Part shown: in pieces, positions 59,301 to 64,000 of the stretch
Numbering within the stretch: position 1 is the first letter of the stretch
How the letters are laid out: each line of letters starts with the position of its first letter
From: Phoronis australis
Lineage: Eukaryota; Animalia; Phoronida
Direction of reading: 5' to 3'
Assembly: GCA_002633005.1 (NCBI GenBank)
Contig: NMRA01000056.1
Span: forward strand, 1,189,205 to 1,253,204
DNA length: 64,000 nucleotides
The notes under the pieces: model-generated
The model's database searches: none
What the model was told of the DNA's origin: nothing
Seen by the model: the letters and a program-made list of their open reading frames with translations, nothing else
Position numbers and translations under genes: made by a program

Positions 59301-62300
59301 ACTCCATTATGAAGTGCGACATTGACATTCGAAAGGACCTGTACTGTAACATTGTTGTGTCAGGAGGCAACACTATGTTTCCAGGTGAGGAGAGGTTTTC
59401 AGACACTGAATTTGTCGGTTACAGACCACTAAACTTGTCACGATTTAAGTGAAAGTCACTGAAAAGTGCGAAATGAGCACAGGCAAATCTTGTAGAGCCT
59501 TACTTTGCAAAATACAGTTTACAGGCTACACTTGCGTTGTGATAAAAGGCATCTCATTTGACTGCGCATTGTAACACGCCATTACCAAAGGTTGAATGTT
59601 TTTAAAAGTATGAAACATTTAAGTGAACATAAACGGTAAGTGATTTGCATAGCTGTCAGTTCAGATAAGTTCTAACCAAAGCATTAAATCTACTTAACGC
59701 AGATAGCAGCTCCACTAAGTGTTTTTGACACAAATAGCAGCTCCACGAAGTGTTTTTGGCAGAGAGCCAGCTTCTTCCCCATTCAGTTGGGCAGCCAATG
59801 ATATCACATTTGAAGCACCAAATGGCAACCCTACTCCGAATTCCAACTCGGTGAATGTAGGATCTGTCAGTTATTCCCAACTGCAGAAATCAAAAGCTAG
59901 GACTACTTACAGGGACAGCATCAGTTTTTAGGCAGAAAATGTATTTTTGGGATTACTGTTGTGTGAGGCATATGTTGAGAAGTACCATACTCGTCTGGGT
60001 TATCACCCGGGGCGATTAAATTAGGAATCTACAAAAACAGGGGTGGGCGGTAAGCATGGGCCCTTAAAAATGAAAAATTAAAAATTTCGGGGGTGGGCGG
60101 TAAGCCGATCATGGGCATTAACCCGAGCGAGTACGGTAATTAGCTTTTACCGGCTATAAAACTACCGTAATTGTTCGGGTTAACGCCCATGCTCAGTTAA
60201 CCGCCATCCCCGACTTTAGGTGGATTTTCGATTTAACCGCCCACTGCTCAGTTAAGCGCCCCCCTGCGATTTTTTAAGATTTCCAGTTAAGCGCCCACCT
60301 CTCGGTTAAGCGCCCATCCCCGAATTTTAAAGAATGAAGATTTAGCGCCTATTGCTAAGGAAACGCGCGATTCCCCGACTTTTAGAAAAAGATCGATCAC
60401 AATGAGTGCAACGACGCCGGGACTCCGAGACGGTGGTTTAGCAATCTGAATTACAATACAGGTAACGAGTTATTGTCTTGGGTCATGAACTCACTTCCAA
60501 ATATATTACTTGAACCTTTTTGTCACTTTATTTTCTTCCCTTGTTTGCAAAGTTTAAGAACGCCGCCGGCGTCAAAACCTCCGCTTTCAGCGACTTTGTC
60601 TGCCGCGTTGAGTTTCCGTCTGCAGTGCACTAGATGAAGCATATATTCGAAAAAATCAGGCCACAGAAATGTGACAATGGTTTTGCCAACCCTCCAAATT
60701 CTATTAAGGTGGGAAGCTCTCGTATTTTGAACAAATCTCATAACTCACGAAAAGATGTCAAATTCTCAATATTTTGATGAATATAACTGCCGGGTTATAG
60801 AGGATGTGGGGCGACCGAAGGGACAGTACAAGTGCCTTACTGGGTTACCGATTTCGTTGCTGCCTGTCGATTTCTGAATTCAAACGTTGGCAATAATGTA
60901 TGTTTGTGTATGATCTTGAAGTAATAAAAAACGGCTAGTCAAATTTTGTTTTTCGCTTATTGCATCTCAGTCAAACTGGTTAGCAGATTTAACTAATGTC
61001 GCTGGCTGTTCTTTACTATTTCTTGCGTCAGCCCCCACGTAAGCGTGACTGTGTGAATTATCGTTTCCACATCCCCTTTTTAGCCATCCAGAATAATTTT
61101 GTTTATACATTGGCCATTTTCAGCCTGAACAAAAATTCTTACCATTCGAGTCTGAAATATCTACGACGTAGACTGCTTGACGATAGTGGGTAGGAGATTC
61201 ACGCAGCTAGTTACAGGGATGGGCTTAGGGAGCATCGAGCCGGGAAATATGGGAATAGACTTGACATCGCAGTTTTGGGGAACATTGGCAACGGAGGAAT
61301 ATCGTAAAGAACTGGGTCTTTCGTAACAACAGCTTAAAAGTACATAGTCACGCCCGTTTTTGTTACTTCGTCGGACTGTCGCTATGTGTGACTGATTTGT
61401 AGTGGTGCACGTGCGCAAGTTCCCACACTTTGGAGTGCATGTTACCTTGACACCAACATGTGATTGACAAGTGACTCACACGTAGGCCCTACGTGCGTGC
61501 TGAATACCGCAACTATCTTTGGCCATAAAAAACGAGATGCATATTGAAAGAGGCCGTTATATTACTTGACGGCATTTCCAAGTCACGATTGTCAGCCGAC
61601 TGAGACATTGCGCGATAACAGCGGAACCGAACAGTGCCGCAGTGCGATATTACAAGTGATATAAATAGGATAATCTGGACATCTTGCATGAAAAATAAAT
61701 GTTTTTCCACCACGAAGTTTGGTAAGGTGATCGTTTAGAATAATGAATTGAAACATTTGCTGTTTCCTGACATTTTGTAACATATTTATGCAGTTGCTTG
61801 AAATTTTCTTCTTGATCGACGACTGGCTCGACCACCCCCAATCCTTGTCTTACTTCTTTGCATAACATGTTTGGAGCAACGGCAAGAGAGCAATGCTGGG
61901 CTGTCGAGATAAGACAGCTAGCCGCAGAACCATACGCTGAAAATGTCATTGAGTCACGGAGTGTCGACTATAACATCCCAAACACAAAAAAAACAACAGA
62001 GTTAAGTTTTTCAAACTTTTATAACAACCAATTTTAAAACTGCTCTCTGACACAGAACTTGACAGCTACATATAGTACGAGACTGTAACCATAAATTTGA
62101 TGACCTCTGCAACACGTGAAGCTTGCATGCGCGCACTTAAGCAGGGTCACATCTTAATTGAAACAGTTTTAATTCTAGTGGAGGCTGCGTGGTGACTGGT
62201 CGTCTGTGCACAGCAGGACGGCACGGGGCTATTACTCAGCAATTTTGTAAATTTAATAGTGAATGACTATTCTGGGCAAGAAAACCTTTGTTGGTATCAT

Positions 62301-63174
62301 CTACTGTTATGACGTTTTCAGTGTCATTTGGCGACGTGACGATAAAGCTCTTTGAAAAGGGCTACGCGTTCCGAGTATGATTGTCGTGTCGGGATTTAGA
62401 TTACCAGGTAAGATTAACCGCCCAGGGCGGTTGTCTGTCGTAATAAGCGCCCATGTTCAGTTAACCGCCCATCCCCTACTTTAGCTGGATTTTCGATTTA
62501 ACCGCCCACTGCTCGGTTAACCGCCCTCCCCCGATTTTTTGGATTCGCCAATTTAATCGCCCAGGGCGTTAACCCGAACGATTACGGTACATGATTTTGC
62601 TACAAATTGCCAATTCTGGCCATTTTTCTCTGGTCNAAACACTAACAATTTTCTAAATTATCTCTTCGATTCTGTCTGATACAACTTTTTTCATGAAATC
62701 CTGAAAGCCATAATTTTTCATAGCAGCTGATGCCAAAGTAGATAACTTTAAAAAACAATTCCCTACAACACTTTGGAAAACAGTGCACCAAGTAAACCAT
62801 CTGAATATTTTTAATCCGACTAGCCCTTTCTAAGATATCACATGCCGAATTTAACCAAATTTTGTCATTTTATTAGAGTCTCACATAACAAACAACAATG
62901 GGTGAGATAATAGAACAACTTATTGTTGAAATTATTAAACTTATTGGAGCTTGAAATTCTCATTGCAGGAACTGTCGCGCGTATGCAAAAAGAAATATCG
63001 ATCATGGCTCCCAGCAGCGTGAGGGTGAAAATCGTTGCTCCGCCAGAGCGTAAATACTCGGCATGGATTGGTGGATCCATCTTGTCATCTCTGACGAGCT
63101 TCTCACAGATTTGGATCAGCAAACAGGAGTACGAGGAGAGTGGACCAAGCATTGTGCACAGGAAGTGTTTCTAA
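56377..63174 (+). CDS. act: Divergent actin copy 3, 377 aa (397 aa if the upstream duplicated acceptor is used), 6 coding exons
   Basis: Exons 56377-56508, 56876-57251, 58205-58312, 58838(or 58778)-59029, 59265-59384, 62969-63174; [44 protein letters not shown]...[20 protein letters not shown]; the first coding exon is missing from the ORF track. Confidence 0.95.
58733..58852 (+). repeat. 60-bp tandem duplication spanning a splice acceptor of actin 3
   Basis: TGTGCAAAATCCAGTGTATTTCTTCTTGCAAATGTAACACT(A/G)CAGGAGAAAGAGACATAG twice, one mismatch; single copy in actin 2. Confidence 0.95.
59985..60136. mobile_element. ~150-bp Tc2/pogo-type MITE, paralogous to 50505-50655
   Basis: TA-CCATACTCGTCTGGGTTA...TAACCCGAGCGAGTACGG-TA. 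Confidence 0.78.
60165..62587. mobile_element. 2.4-kb non-autonomous Tc1/mariner-superfamily (Tc2/pogo-like) DNA transposon in the last intron of actin 3
   Basis: 24-bp TIRs CCGTAATTGTTCGGGTTAACGCCC / GGGCGTTAACCCGAACGATTACGG (23/24), TA on both sides, subterminal GTTAA(C/G)CGCCC repeats; absent at the paralogous site in actin 2 (50671 GGCTATAAAACATGATTTTG); no transposase ORF recognised. Confidence 0.88.
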
Positions 63175-64000
63175 TTTGGACGATTTGAGCGCTGGAACAG
63201 TGCTTGTTTGACAGACTTGGACTTAAGAAATGCTTTGACTGCAATTGTTTACTTGTTTATTAATCATAATTAATTTTGCTGACAGTAACTTTTACACTCA
63301 AAGATAGTAGCTTGTGGGTCATGTCTCCTGTTCCTAAAACTGACGAAGGGCTTGATTGGCAGCTTCGAACACAGGAAGTCCTTTGACTGACCCATCTACT
63401 CACATCAAGTATCTGTGTCGGATTAGCAGATCTGAGAACAGGAAATTGATGACTCACTTGAACACAAGTTTTTAGAAATCTGCGTAAGACGACGACACTA
63501 TTGTCACTCAAAACATTGTATGCTTGCAAAGTCATCATAATTTTGAAGACTGCAGTCCTGTAGTCCACAAGAGACCAATATCAATGTATTGTCTTTATCA
63601 ATTATAACTAAGAAAATATGACAAGTTAGCTCTCTACATATTTAGAAATCTAAAAATCAATTGAACAATTCTTGTTGTCAGCTATAGTGTTAGAAGAGAA
63701 TACGTCTTGCCATGCAACTATGCTTGACATTACGGTTAGTGAAAATAATGATACCTGATTATCTTGGACATAACAATTTCCACTTTAATTGCTGTTCCCC
63801 TAGTGTGTACTTACTATCCACAGAACAATAAAAACTGATGTAAAGGAACCAAAAATGGGCCAGCATCTTGGTTCTACACTCACTCCCATTGAGCAAACAC
63901 GAATCACCGATACCAACTGTCCAATAGGGAGTAAGACATGTTTCCTCAATGGAAGTGAATGCAGAACCCAGATGCACGCCATTTGTTGGGCCGTTGAAAT

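Larger units (their letters stand above)
43580..64000 (+). repeat. Tandem segmental duplication of the actin unit (unit 2 ~43.6-53.6 kb; unit 3 ~54.0 kb to window end; older unit 1 ~34.0-42.7 kb)
   Basis: Upstream, intron and 3' sequences align collinearly (44601 vs 54354, 45774 vs 55483, 49141 vs 58541, 51632 vs 63175; 42440 vs 53397). Confidence 0.9.

Noticed and set aside
60523-61949. Short ORFs inside the 2.4-kb element as a transposase
   Set aside because: No DDE/DDD or CENP-B HTH motif recognised; all are under 100 aa
62630-62645. Apparent ~365-bp deletion in the last intron of actin 3 relative to actin 2
   Set aside because: The breakpoint coincides with an N (62636 region), so an assembly gap is as likely as a real deletion
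46838-63174. Actins 2 and 3 as pseudogenes
   Set aside because: No stops or frameshifts, all splice sites are canonical and promoter CArG boxes are retained; only expression data could revive this reading

Overview
AT-rich, intron-rich animal genomic DNA, probably a marine invertebrate deuterostome (inference only). The left part holds a complete minus-strand RFX1/2/3-class transcription factor gene: 13 phase-consistent coding exons at 20939..3894, about 723 aa, with a probable non-coding first exon near 23.2-23.5 kb. The right part is a tandem array of three plus-strand actin genes with identical six-coding-exon structure. Copy 1 (375 aa) is near-conventional and has a CArG/MEF2/MCAT muscle-type promoter. 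Copies 2 and 3 (377 aa each) are intact but strongly diverged sister paralogues with changes concentrated on filament interfaces. Comparing the three duplicated units shows a palindromic nuclear-receptor-like element kept upstream of all three genes, a MITE that is flipped or absent at the same site, a Tc2/pogo-type insertion history, and a 60-bp duplication of a splice acceptor in copy 3. A possible small spliced plus-strand gene lies between RFX and the actins (low confidence). Two direct duplications flank assembly N gaps and are probably artefacts. All coordinates were read by eye.
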